Source of the DNA: a virus
Lineage: Duplodnaviria > Caudoviricetes
Virus record (IMG/VR): IMGVR_UViG_3300020045_001862
Coordinates: 1-31,113 of that record
DNA length: 31,113 bases
Direction: 5' to 3' (one strand)
The translations under genes were made by a program, and so were the position numbers. This document shows, one piece after another, positions 7,869-16,219 of this stretch; position 1 is the stretch's first letter, and every line of letters begins with the position of its first letter. Below the pieces are notes generated by a model. It did no database searches. It had not been told where the DNA came from and saw only the letters and a program-made list of their open reading frames with translations.

Positions 7869-8036
7869 ATGCTACTCAACGCTCTAGGTCAACAAATTGG
7901 TAAAATTAGTGATAAACTTAATGCCACTACTCACCCAAAAATCTTTGCCCATCTACGTGAAGTTCTCGAGCCTTCGCCAAAGTACATTGGTTCTCTCTAT
8001 CGCATGGATCAACGTGCGAAAATAGTAACCAAATAA
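7869..8036 (+). CDS. Small hypothetical protein (55 aa)
   Basis: AAGGA RBS before MLLNALGQ. Confidence 0.7.
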   Translation: MLLNALGQQIGKISDKLNATTHPKIFAHLREVLEPSPKYIGSLYRMDQRAKIVTK

Positions 8037-8045
8037 TCTCTCCTG

Positions 8046-8083
8046 TGGGTACGCCGCAATCAACGGATCACTACCCATTTTTT
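8046..8083 (+). terminator. Possible terminator
   Basis: TGGGTA..CCG-caatcaa-CGG..TACCCA followed by T6; stem is interrupted. Confidence 0.45.
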
Positions 8084-8088
8084 CAATC

Positions 8089-8234
8089 CTCTCTGTAGTT
8101 CAGCACGGTAGAACAAAACTCAAGACACAATTCAAGATTCGCCTAGTACAACCAACATCTATTTATAGATAAGTAATTAGAATAGCGTGAGATAGTTGAA
8201 AGTTATGTCATTGGTTCAAATCCAATCAGAGAGG
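8089..8234 (+). ncRNA. tRNA-Asn-like RNA with anticodon arm replaced by about 90 nt
   Basis: Acceptor CTCTCTG/CAGAGAG, T8A9, D-arm GTTC-AGCACGGTA-GAAC, variable ATGTC, T-arm ATTGG-TTCAAAT-CCAAT, discriminator G; no encoded CCA. Confidence 0.75.
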
Positions 8235-8258
8235 TTCTCATTTCTTCAGGAGATTTTC

Positions 8259-8564
8259 ATGTCACGTCCATCAAGCAATATCAAATTCATTCATTGCCGT
8301 AACACAAATAAAAATGGCACAATCCAACCCACAGGTGGCCTAACAATTGCCTATAATCTGAACAATGATTTCAAGGTTGTTGGTTGGGCCGCTGCGAAAT
8401 GTCATGAGAAAGACCTGTATAATAAACAGGTTGGTCGAATGAAATCTAGTGGTCGTCTCTTGTCTGAACGTTATTATCAGGAAGCACCTGAAATTGACGA
8501 ACCAACTTTCATTAAACAAACTAAAGATGGATATGTATCCGCTTTTCTTAAAGAAACTATATGA
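8259..8564 (+). CDS. Hypothetical protein; paralog of 4674..4970
   Basis: AGGAG RBS before MSRPSS; aligns to the left copy. Confidence 0.82.
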   Translation: MSRPSSNIKFIHCRNTNKNGTIQPTGGLTIAYNLNNDFKVVGWAAAKCHEKDLYNKQVGRMKSSGRLLSERYYQEAPEIDEPTFIKQTKDGYVSAFLKETI

Positions 8565-8625
8565 CAACACCCATCATCCTAACATTCTTACAAACATCAA
8601 CTAAATATTTATTTAAGGAAATGTA

Positions 8626-8790
8626 ATGTCAAATTCCACAAACAAACAGTTTTGTAAATGTAAACATGAGTTCCAAGACCAAGAACATGGAAAAGGTGTT
8701 CGAGTCTGCACTCCAACCAAAGGTGGTACTCTCGATACTCGTATCGTTCGTTGTACTGTGTGCAATGCACATCACACAATCAAAAAATAA
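8626..8790 (+). CDS. Small Cys-rich (Zn-ribbon) protein, 54 aa
   Basis: MSNSTNKQFCKCKHEFQD...RCTVCNAHHTIKK*; TAAGGA RBS; paralog on the left arm. Confidence 0.75.
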   Translation: MSNSTNKQFCKCKHEFQDQEHGKGVRVCTPTKGGTLDTRIVRCTVCNAHHTIKK

Positions 8791-9122
8791 TGACTAAAAA
8801 ACGATATGCAGTAGTTGCCCATGCATTTGACAAACGCGGTAGATTGTTAGCTGTTGCTACTAACAGCTATACAAAGACACATCCAGTACAGAAGTACTAT
8901 GCTGATAAGGTCGGTCATCCACATCAACCATTCGCTCATGCAGAAATCCTCTGTATGTTACGATGTAAGGATAAGCAAATCCACAAACTTATGATCTTTC
9001 GTTATGATAACGAGGGCAGATTGGTCTGTGCTAAACCTTGTCCTATTTGTCAAGAAGCGTTTACTGCATATCGTCCAACTGAAGTATGGTACTCAGATCA
9101 AGGAACAATGGTGAAATTATGA
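8790..9122 (+). CDS. Zn-dependent cytidine/dCMP deaminase-like protein
   Basis: HAE...KPCPIC signature; start MTKKRY by TAATG overlap. Confidence 0.8.
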   Translation: MTKKRYAVVAHAFDKRGRLLAVATNSYTKTHPVQKYYADKVGHPHQPFAHAEILCMLRCKDKQIHKLMIFRYDNEGRLVCAKPCPICQEAFTAYRPTEVWYSDQGTMVKL

Positions 9123-9310
9123 CTTTTAAATTTAACATTGGAGACAAAGTCCATGCCAAACGAAAGGAATCCGAAGCATTTTATGGATTTAATTTTATCG
9201 GAACTGTCACAGGTCGCAAAAATTCAAACGATCCTGAATACTCATTAACTCCACCACATCCAAAATCATATTTATTTTGGGAAGAAGAACTTACGTTGGT
9301 TCAATCATGA
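9119..9310 (+). CDS. Hypothetical protein (SH3/KOW-like FNIGDKV start), right arm only
   Basis: ATGA overlaps at both ends. Confidence 0.7.
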   Translation: MTFKFNIGDKVHAKRKESEAFYGFNFIGTVTGRKNSNDPEYSLTPPHPKSYLFWEEELTLVQS

Positions 9311-9552
9311 TACCAAAAATCGGTTCAATTGTCTTTGGATTCCAACACTGCGCTGATCGTGTTGGTGAAACAATGTTCCTAATGAGTACACAAGAACATG
9401 CAACACCTGATTATGACACAGGACTCCGCGAGGCTCTCGAAGAAGTATGCAGAACTGGCGAGATGCAACTAATCGACGGTTCATATATTGAAACAATCAA
9501 CACAGACGATAAGAAGAATCTTATTGTCTGGGAAATGAAAAGGATACGATAA
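9307..9552 (+). CDS. Hypothetical protein; paralog of 3869..4117
   Basis: Alignment to the left copy. Confidence 0.8.
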   Translation: MIPKIGSIVFGFQHCADRVGETMFLMSTQEHATPDYDTGLREALEEVCRTGEMQLIDGSYIETINTDDKKNLIVWEMKRIR

Positions 9553-9812
9553 TGCCAACACCACACAAACATGCTAAAGTTATTAAGGCGTGGGCAGATG
9601 GTAAAACCATTCAAATGAAAACATTTTCAGGTAAATGGAAAGATCTTGGTCTACTAAATCCAGCATTTGACAGTGAAGAATATCGCATTAAACCTGAACC
9701 ACAAGTAATTGAATGTTTCATTCATAAAGACTATGGTAGATTCATCTATGAAAATCCACATCTTCTTCCTGAATATAAACGCTGTACCATTACCATCCAT
9801 CCCGACGAATAA
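9552..9812 (+). CDS. Phage hypothetical protein, right arm only
   Basis: PHKHA.VIKAWADG..IQ...EYRIKP pattern recognisable from other phages; TAATG overlap. Confidence 0.75.
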   Translation: MPTPHKHAKVIKAWADGKTIQMKTFSGKWKDLGLLNPAFDSEEYRIKPEPQVIECFIHKDYGRFIYENPHLLPEYKRCTITIHPDE

Positions 9813-9854
9813 CCACGTCATTCCCATCAATCTCCGAAATTAGGGGTCGGTCAC

Positions 9855-10217
9855 ATGATCACAGGCGAAATCAAACTTTACGATGAATCAGTACCAACAT
9901 ATCAATCCTATAATGTTGTAGTCAAGCAAGAAACAGTAGCAGAGCGCGAAGCTTGGCTCAAACGCTGTCAAGAAGATCTTGACAAAGCAAAAATTATCTT
10001 TTCAATTGGAGACACAGTTTGTACAAAAACAGCCTTACAATCTCCACTAACTGTTGTATGTTTCATTGAAGACGTCAACACAATGCAAAAATACCAAGGC
10101 CAACCTTGCATTATCAAATGCAAGAACATGATCTACAAAGCTGCACAAGATATTCAATACTCCTTTAACGAACTTGATCTACAAACCCTTGAAAAGAAAG
10201 AAGCTGACAATGTTTAA
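9855..10217 (+). CDS. Hypothetical protein; paralog of 3334..3699
   Basis: Alignment to the left copy. Confidence 0.8.
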   Translation: MITGEIKLYDESVPTYQSYNVVVKQETVAEREAWLKRCQEDLDKAKIIFSIGDTVCTKTALQSPLTVVCFIEDVNTMQKYQGQPCIIKCKNMIYKAAQDIQYSFNELDLQTLEKKEADNV

Positions 10218-10425
10218 CATTCTTAACTACCAAAAATCCCTTGGACAAGATCTAGTAGTTAAAAAGGTCGGTCACATCATCGACGTTTTCTTCGGCAAAG
10301 ATGGTTGGAAACCACATGCCCGATTTATGGTTAAGCGAACTTCACGTGGAAATTTTCTCTCTCAGGTTAGTGGTGACAAAGTCCCACAAAACATTTTCAA
10401 ACAGGTAATCGAAAAGGTACTCTAA
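10210..10425 (+). CDS. Hypothetical protein; paralog of 3126..3341
   Basis: Alignment to the left copy, start MFNIL. Confidence 0.8.
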   Translation: MFNILNYQKSLGQDLVVKKVGHIIDVFFGKDGWKPHARFMVKRTSRGNFLSQVSGDKVPQNIFKQVIEKVL

Positions 10426-10662
10426 ATGGCAAACCACATTCTTGTCTGTCTAGACATTGAAGAAATGGGTGGAATCACTCAACAACAAATGATTTGGTTA
10501 AATGATCCTCAGCGACTTCCGCGTGCAATCAAAGATCTCAACACACAATGGCCGAATTCAACTGTCTGTGTTTATCAACTCAGCGAATTGCAAAAGTTAA
10601 AGACCAATCCTACTTATCAAAAGTACAAAGTGTCTGCTAATGGTGAGGTTATTCCTGTATGA
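10426..10662 (+). CDS. Hypothetical protein; paralog of 2883..3125
   Basis: Alignment to the left copy. Confidence 0.8.
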   Translation: MANHILVCLDIEEMGGITQQQMIWLNDPQRLPRAIKDLNTQWPNSTVCVYQLSELQKLKTNPTYQKYKVSANGEVIPV

Positions 10663-11279
10663 AATATAAAACTCTATATAGTGCAGGATTCACTGAAAAC
10701 GATCCTTTCGGTATCTTCGACAAATGTGTTCGAGTAACCAAACCTGAACACCTATCCACAGATGGTATGTTAATTTTGTGGGGTGGTGAAGATATTAGCC
10801 CTGCGATTTACGAACAAGATGTTGTTCATGCACGTGCACCAAACAAACCATCTGCGCGGGACGCCATGGAGATGGCGCTGTTCAAACAAGCAGTCAAGTT
10901 AGGTATCCCCATCATTGGTGTCTGTCGTGGAGCACAACTCGCTTGTGCTATGTCTGGTGGCACCTTATATCAACACATTCAAGGAGGTCATCACGGAGAT
11001 CATGAGGTTGAGACGTTCGATGGTCAAGTTATGCACACATCTTCTTGTCACCATCAAGCACTTAATTTGGAAGGGGTCGGTCACGAACTACTCGCATGGG
11101 ACAAAGATCGAATCACAGTTGCATTCACGGACAAAGAAGTTACCAAAGTAATTATCCCGGAAGTTGTCTTACTGACTGAAACTAAGACACTTGCGATTCA
11201 AGGACATCCTGAATGGATGCATAAGAAAGATGCATTCGTCAAATGGTGTGCCAATCTACTACAAACGAGGTTCGCATAA
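10659..11279 (+). CDS. Class I glutamine amidotransferase / peptidase C26
   Basis: GGEDISP, GVCRGAQ, HHQA, QGHPE. Confidence 0.88.
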   Translation: MKYKTLYSAGFTENDPFGIFDKCVRVTKPEHLSTDGMLILWGGEDISPAIYEQDVVHARAPNKPSARDAMEMALFKQAVKLGIPIIGVCRGAQLACAMSGGTLYQHIQGGHHGDHEVETFDGQVMHTSSCHHQALNLEGVGHELLAWDKDRITVAFTDKEVTKVIIPEVVLLTETKTLAIQGHPEWMHKKDAFVKWCANLLQTRFA

Positions 11280-11812
11280 TGGGTCTATCTTCTGGCTGTA
11301 CCAAAGTTGCTGATGAGTTGTTTGCAAAACGCTACAACAAAGAAGCACCAACAGTTAATCTTATAACCCAATCTCTAGGCAGTGCTATACTTACTATTGA
11401 CGGTGTTGGTACTCGCATGGATCTTACATATCTACGCGGAGATTGTACATCATGTACAGCATATCTTGAATATCTTCAACTACATGAAGTATCTAAAATG
11501 TTCACAGCAATCCAAGAGTACATGTCCATTAATGGTCGTATCTCATGTACATTTAGTCTTAAGAAAGAGAAATCTAAATTAAAAAATTGGATCACAAAAC
11601 TCAAGAAATTTCCAATCGCCGGATTGCATGTTCAAAAGAGCAATCGTGAACCTGACAGTAATATGTACATGATTAGTGGTATTCTCAAAGTATCTAGTCC
11701 AATCATCAACAGTTATGATTCATACAACACAGAGTATCCAAAAGAACACAACAACAACAATGTAACAGCCATCAATGCTCTCAATGCAGAGCTAGGTCTC
11801 CAAACTTTCTAA
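11279..11812 (+). CDS. Hypothetical protein; paralog of 1599..2126
   Basis: Alignment to the left copy; TAATG overlap. Confidence 0.8.
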   Translation: MGLSSGCTKVADELFAKRYNKEAPTVNLITQSLGSAILTIDGVGTRMDLTYLRGDCTSCTAYLEYLQLHEVSKMFTAIQEYMSINGRISCTFSLKKEKSKLKNWITKLKKFPIAGLHVQKSNREPDSNMYMISGILKVSSPIINSYDSYNTEYPKEHNNNNVTAINALNAELGLQTF

Positions 11813-11822
11813 GGAAATAGAA

Positions 11823-12590
11823 ATGAACAAATTCACCATAGGTTGCGACCCAGAACTATTCCTAGTTGACGAAGCAGGAAAATACAAGTCCGTCATTGGC
11901 CTTCTCGGTGGTGACAAATGGATTCCCCGTCAGTTGAGTAAGGACGGTCATGCCTGTCTTGAAGACAACGTTGCTGTTGAATTCAACATCCCTCCTTGTG
12001 ATTCTTTCGAGCAGTTCAAGAAAGAAGTGCAAGCTACCATGCAAATGGTCAAAGATATTCTTCCAAAGAATCTATACTATGATCAATCATCAGCCGTAAG
12101 TTTTCCACAAGAGGAACTCAACTGTGAACAAGCATGGGTCTTTGGATGTGATCCAGACTTCAATGCGTGGACAATGGAAGAAAACCCAAAACCTCAAGCA
12201 GCAGACAAGAATCTTCGTTCTGCCGGTGGTCATATTCATATTGGATCACCACTCGCTATTGCAGATCCAGTTAATGTCATTCGCGCTATGGATCTTTTTC
12301 TAGGTGTTCCATCAGTTGTTCTTGATGAAGGCACTCTTCGTCGTCAATTGTATGGCAAAGCGGGCGCTTTTCGTCCAAAGCCGTATGGTGCTGAATATCG
12401 CACACTAAGCAACTTCTGGATCTTCAGTGACAAGATGATTAACTGGGCATACACTGGAACACAACGTGCATTAGACTTCGTCCATTCCGGTAAAGAAATC
12501 CCGGTCGGTCATGGAGATCTAATCAAAGAATGCATCAACAACAATAATAAAGACGCATACAATCAACTTCATCAACTTTATGCGGTGTAA
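11823..12590 (+). CDS. phiEco32-like COOH-NH2 ligase type 2
   Basis: IGCDPELF, EDNVAVEFN, FGCDPD, RSAGGHIHIG, YGAEYRTLSNFW. Confidence 0.88.
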   Translation: MNKFTIGCDPELFLVDEAGKYKSVIGLLGGDKWIPRQLSKDGHACLEDNVAVEFNIPPCDSFEQFKKEVQATMQMVKDILPKNLYYDQSSAVSFPQEELNCEQAWVFGCDPDFNAWTMEENPKPQAADKNLRSAGGHIHIGSPLAIADPVNVIRAMDLFLGVPSVVLDEGTLRRQLYGKAGAFRPKPYGAEYRTLSNFWIFSDKMINWAYTGTQRALDFVHSGKEIPVGHGDLIKECINNNNKDAYNQLHQLYAV

Positions 12591-12592
12591 CA

Positions 12593-13246
12593 ATGGACAT
12601 TTGGAATGAACTAACAGATTCCTTTAATCGGGAAATGGCGATTGATGAGATGAAGAAGAAGTATGAAAATACTCATCTTGTCTTAATCAAGCCAAATGGC
12701 TCTGAAATTCTCGTAACATACAAGGGTTTCGCAGATGGTCTACACTATTTCAAAGATGAACTTGGTGTTGACATCAAAGTACGCCATGAAACTGACTATC
12801 GTATTGTGTGTATCTTTCCTGAACGTCGTTTGTTCAACACAGACAAACTGGCTCTCGAGTTTACTCGCTTACCAAATCGACAATATCGACGTGGGATTTG
12901 CAAGGACAATGTGCGAATTTACTCACCAATTCGTGCACTATGGTCAGGCGAAAGTTCACCGTGGAATCTCAGCACTTTACGTGATGCTCTATACCCTAAG
13001 TATCCCTCATGTGCAGAAGAAGCCATACAGCAATTAGAAACAAAGCAAGTAATCAGTATTGCACTGAACGATAAGTTTATGATTAGCTTGTCCTTCACAA
13101 CAAAGAAAGATCATTTCTACCTTTGGTACTGTAATAAATGTATCGGATATTTCCACAAAGACATGTTCAAGATCGAACATAAGTTGTTTACTCAAGAAGT
13201 TCTTGATAATGCAACTCTCTTCAAACCATATCGAATCGAGTTCTAA
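12593..13246 (+). CDS. Conserved hypothetical protein within the ligase cluster
   Basis: 217 aa ORF tightly packed; RQYRRGIC motif; paralog at window start. Confidence 0.8.
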   Translation: MDIWNELTDSFNREMAIDEMKKKYENTHLVLIKPNGSEILVTYKGFADGLHYFKDELGVDIKVRHETDYRIVCIFPERRLFNTDKLALEFTRLPNRQYRRGICKDNVRIYSPIRALWSGESSPWNLSTLRDALYPKYPSCAEEAIQQLETKQVISIALNDKFMISLSFTTKKDHFYLWYCNKCIGYFHKDMFKIEHKLFTQEVLDNATLFKPYRIEF

Positions 13247-13247
13247 C

Positions 13248-14543
13248 ATGCCTATAGTTAATCACAGTGGTACACCGCGTGTAATTTCATGGACACGTGT
13301 AGAACATATGGCTCAAGTATTGGGATGTTCTACTGATTATTTCATGCAAACATTTTCAAGTGAAACTGACGGAGGCACAAATGCACCACTGCCTATGCTA
13401 GTTCACTATCTTCTTCCACCCACACCTCATCCATCAACAATCTCTTGGCAAGTACCTAATGATGCTACGATAACACCAAATGCTGTGGAAGTGTTCTTTG
13501 ATGAAGCAGCCACAATGCAAGTAAATAATCCTATTGACGATAATTTATTTGCAGCTTTGTCTAGTTCAGCATCTTTGCGTGCCAAGAAACCTGTGCTTAT
13601 GTCAACAGAAAATTCAACCAAACCATTACAGGAACTATATAAATACAAAGCAATGACTCTTCGCAAAGCGGACAGCATTGCTTATGAAAAGGCTCACAAG
13701 ATTGACAAGCCTTTTGATTGGGCATCAACGCAAGGTATGGTAGGTATTGAAATTGAAGTAGAGAATATGAAGAAAGGTGTGCATCTCGAGGCATATTGGG
13801 ACATTAAGAATGATGGATCTTTGCGTAATCATGGTATTGAACTTGTCTCTGTTCCACTACAAATCAAACAAGTTCAACTTGCATTAGACCATGTATATAC
13901 ACAGATGAATGCACAAAACGAACCTGACTTTAGCAATCGCACTAGCATACACATCCATGTTAATTGCAGGGATCTTACACAAGATCAGATCTTTAACTTC
14001 ATTCTTCTCTATGCGATTTTCGAGAAACATTTCTACCAAGTAGCCGGTACTCGTCGTATGAATAGTATCTTCTGTGTTCCTTTGTTCCGCACTAATCAGA
14101 TGACAACTATCAATGAGGTAATCTATGGTATGAGCCCCAACTGGCAGAAATATTGTGGTCTTAATCTACTACCCCTCTTTGCTAACAACGTCACTCAAGG
14201 ATACGGTACTATCGAATTTCGCCATCTATACGGCACGAACAATCAACAAGAAGTTCTTGAATGGATCAATGACATCCTTTGTCTACGCAAATTTGCATGT
14301 GAAATTTCCAAGGACAATCTGTTAGCTGCCATCAAGGAAATGAATACTACTAGTAGCTACTTGTCTATGTACTCACAGGTATTCGCCAAGGGTCGTCGTC
14401 TTCTCAGCCACAAGAAAGACTTCGAAGAATGTGTCAGTAACATTAAGCGTGAGCTTTTCGGTAATCTATATATTGACACTCTAAAGAAAAGTGATGCTTC
14501 TCCATATTGGATGACAGCACGCGAAATTAGCACAAAGGGATAA
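13248..14543 (+). CDS. Putative amidoligase (Amidoligase_2-like) with long N-terminal extension
   Basis: VGIEIEVE, DGSLRNHGIELVS, RTSIHIHVN, KYCGLN, GTIEFRH. Confidence 0.82.
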   Translation: MPIVNHSGTPRVISWTRVEHMAQVLGCSTDYFMQTFSSETDGGTNAPLPMLVHYLLPPTPHPSTISWQVPNDATITPNAVEVFFDEAATMQVNNPIDDNLFAALSSSASLRAKKPVLMSTENSTKPLQELYKYKAMTLRKADSIAYEKAHKIDKPFDWASTQGMVGIEIEVENMKKGVHLEAYWDIKNDGSLRNHGIELVSVPLQIKQVQLALDHVYTQMNAQNEPDFSNRTSIHIHVNCRDLTQDQIFNFILLYAIFEKHFYQVAGTRRMNSIFCVPLFRTNQMTTINEVIYGMSPNWQKYCGLNLLPLFANNVTQGYGTIEFRHLYGTNNQQEVLEWINDILCLRKFACEISKDNLLAAIKEMNTTSSYLSMYSQVFAKGRRLLSHKKDFEECVSNIKRELFGNLYIDTLKKSDASPYWMTAREISTKG

Positions 14544-14545
14544 TT

Positions 14546-15835
14546 ATGTGTGGCCTCGTAGCAGTTCTAAGTAAGCAACCAACAGTAGGTTTTCTCTATA
14601 AAGATAAGACCATCTTTCTACAAATGCTCATCTCGGATATGTTCCGAGGTATGGATAGTACAGGATCATTCGCTGTAAACAAACATGGTAATCTCAAAAT
14701 GATTAAAGATGCCAGTGCTGCATCTTTCTTTATCAATAAGAAAGAAGCTAATACCTTCTTTAATGATTTCGTACAGGACTATCATATTGTGGTCGGTCAT
14801 AACCGCAAAGCTACAATGGGTGGTGTAACCTCAGAAACTGCTCATCCTTTCATCGAAGGGAACATCTGTCTTGTCCACAATGGTACGTTGCAGAACCATT
14901 ACAAACTCGCAAATCGTGTAGTTGATTCCAATGCAGTAGCTGCACACATTAATGAGTTCGGATATAAATCCCTACTTAAGAACATTGAAGGTGCGTATGC
15001 TCTTATCTGGTACAACGCAGCAGAGAAGATGCTCTACTTCACACGTAATGCCGAACGCCCTCTCCATCTCGTGGAAACCAATGATCGCGTCTATCTAGCA
15101 TCAGAAGCTAAGATGTTAGATTGGATTCTAGATCGAAATGATCTCAGTAAATACACAATTCAAAATGTTCCAACGGACAAAGTTTTTAAGTTTAGCCTAG
15201 AAACACGCAAATTAGAGGCAGAATCAAAGCCAAAAAAAGCAGAACCCGTGAAGAACAAGCACCAAAGCCACCAATCACGGGCTCACCAGATGTCTACAGG
15301 CTTTGGGCATCTTGCGTTAGCTTACTCCTCGGAACGAAACACTAAGCTCTCTCCACACACACTTGCAGCAAACATTGAAACATATTCAAGTAACCAAACA
15401 ATTGCATGGAGATTACTCAATTGGGAACCACGTGAAGCATCAACTAAACTTGAAGGAGAAACAACGGATGGTTATCGTACACCCATTACAATCTTTCTAG
15501 ATAATAATATCTGGTCTAAAGAACAGATTGATGAACTAACAGATGCTGAATGGCTAACAGGTCAGATCATGACAATCTCCTCTAAAGCAGGACTTGTACA
15601 ACTCTACCTAAAACATTGTGGTATTGAACAAACATGGACAACTGCTAACCACAAACGTGTCTCCAAAGGTATGATTGAAGAAGCGGGTGGTGCATGTTAT
15701 TCATGTGGTACAGTACTAGAAACTAAACACGACATTACTAATTCAGTTGTTAGTATGAATACAAGAGGCGAAATTCAATTCATCACCTGTGACCAATGTT
15801 GTACTGGTCATCCTTATCATCATGGGTATTGCTAA
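14546..15835 (+). CDS. Class II (Ntn) glutamine amidotransferase with C-terminal Cys-rich domain
   Basis: N-terminal MCGL, RGMDSTG, GHNRKAT, AHPF, VHNGTL, DS, GAYAL; C-terminal CYSC...CDQC. Confidence 0.88.
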   Translation: MCGLVAVLSKQPTVGFLYKDKTIFLQMLISDMFRGMDSTGSFAVNKHGNLKMIKDASAASFFINKKEANTFFNDFVQDYHIVVGHNRKATMGGVTSETAHPFIEGNICLVHNGTLQNHYKLANRVVDSNAVAAHINEFGYKSLLKNIEGAYALIWYNAAEKMLYFTRNAERPLHLVETNDRVYLASEAKMLDWILDRNDLSKYTIQNVPTDKVFKFSLETRKLEAESKPKKAEPVKNKHQSHQSRAHQMSTGFGHLALAYSSERNTKLSPHTLAANIETYSSNQTIAWRLLNWEPREASTKLEGETTDGYRTPITIFLDNNIWSKEQIDELTDAEWLTGQIMTISSKAGLVQLYLKHCGIEQTWTTANHKRVSKGMIEEAGGACYSCGTVLETKHDITNSVVSMNTRGEIQFITCDQCCTGHPYHHGYC

Positions 15836-16219
15836 ATGAAAACATCAGAACTAATTGGCCCAGCCCTTGATTGGGCTGTGGCGAAGTGCGAAGGCATTCC
15901 TCTTGTTCTAGCCCCCTTCACAGGAGCAAAGAACTTCGTGATGCTCGGGCAGAACATGAAGCCCACTGCTTATGAGTACCTACCAACAAGTAGCTGGTCA
16001 CAAGGTGGCCCGATCATTGAACGGGAGAAGATTTCCAACGATCATGATCATAAGAAAAACAGGTGGGTGGCTATCGAACGACACTCAATTAACCCAATTG
16101 ACGGTGAAGACAGAGTACGAAGAATTGGTTATGGTCCCACGCCCTTAATCGCAGCCATGCGCTGCTATGTTGCTAGTAAATTCGGTGATGAAGTAAAAAT
16201 TCCAAAGGAACTAATGTGA
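15836..16219 (+). CDS. NinX/DUF2591-family phage protein
   Basis: ALDWAVAKCEG...W.QGGPIIERE.I...GPTPLIAAMRCYVASK.GDEV. Confidence 0.75.
   Translation: MKTSELIGPALDWAVAKCEGIPLVLAPFTGAKNFVMLGQNMKPTAYEYLPTSSWSQGGPIIEREKISNDHDHKKNRWVAIERHSINPIDGEDRVRRIGYGPTPLIAAMRCYVASKFGDEVKIPKELM

Noticed and set aside
6373-7879. Antisense ORFs 6373..6837, 6886..7257 and 7532..7879
   Set aside because: Shadows of the codon-biased + strand gene and small + ORFs; no recognisable motifs
8089-8234. Ordinary functional tRNA or tmRNA
   Set aside because: No 7-nt anticodon loop at the canonical position; too short for tmRNA, has a full D-stem and lacks the G3-U70 alanine identity pair
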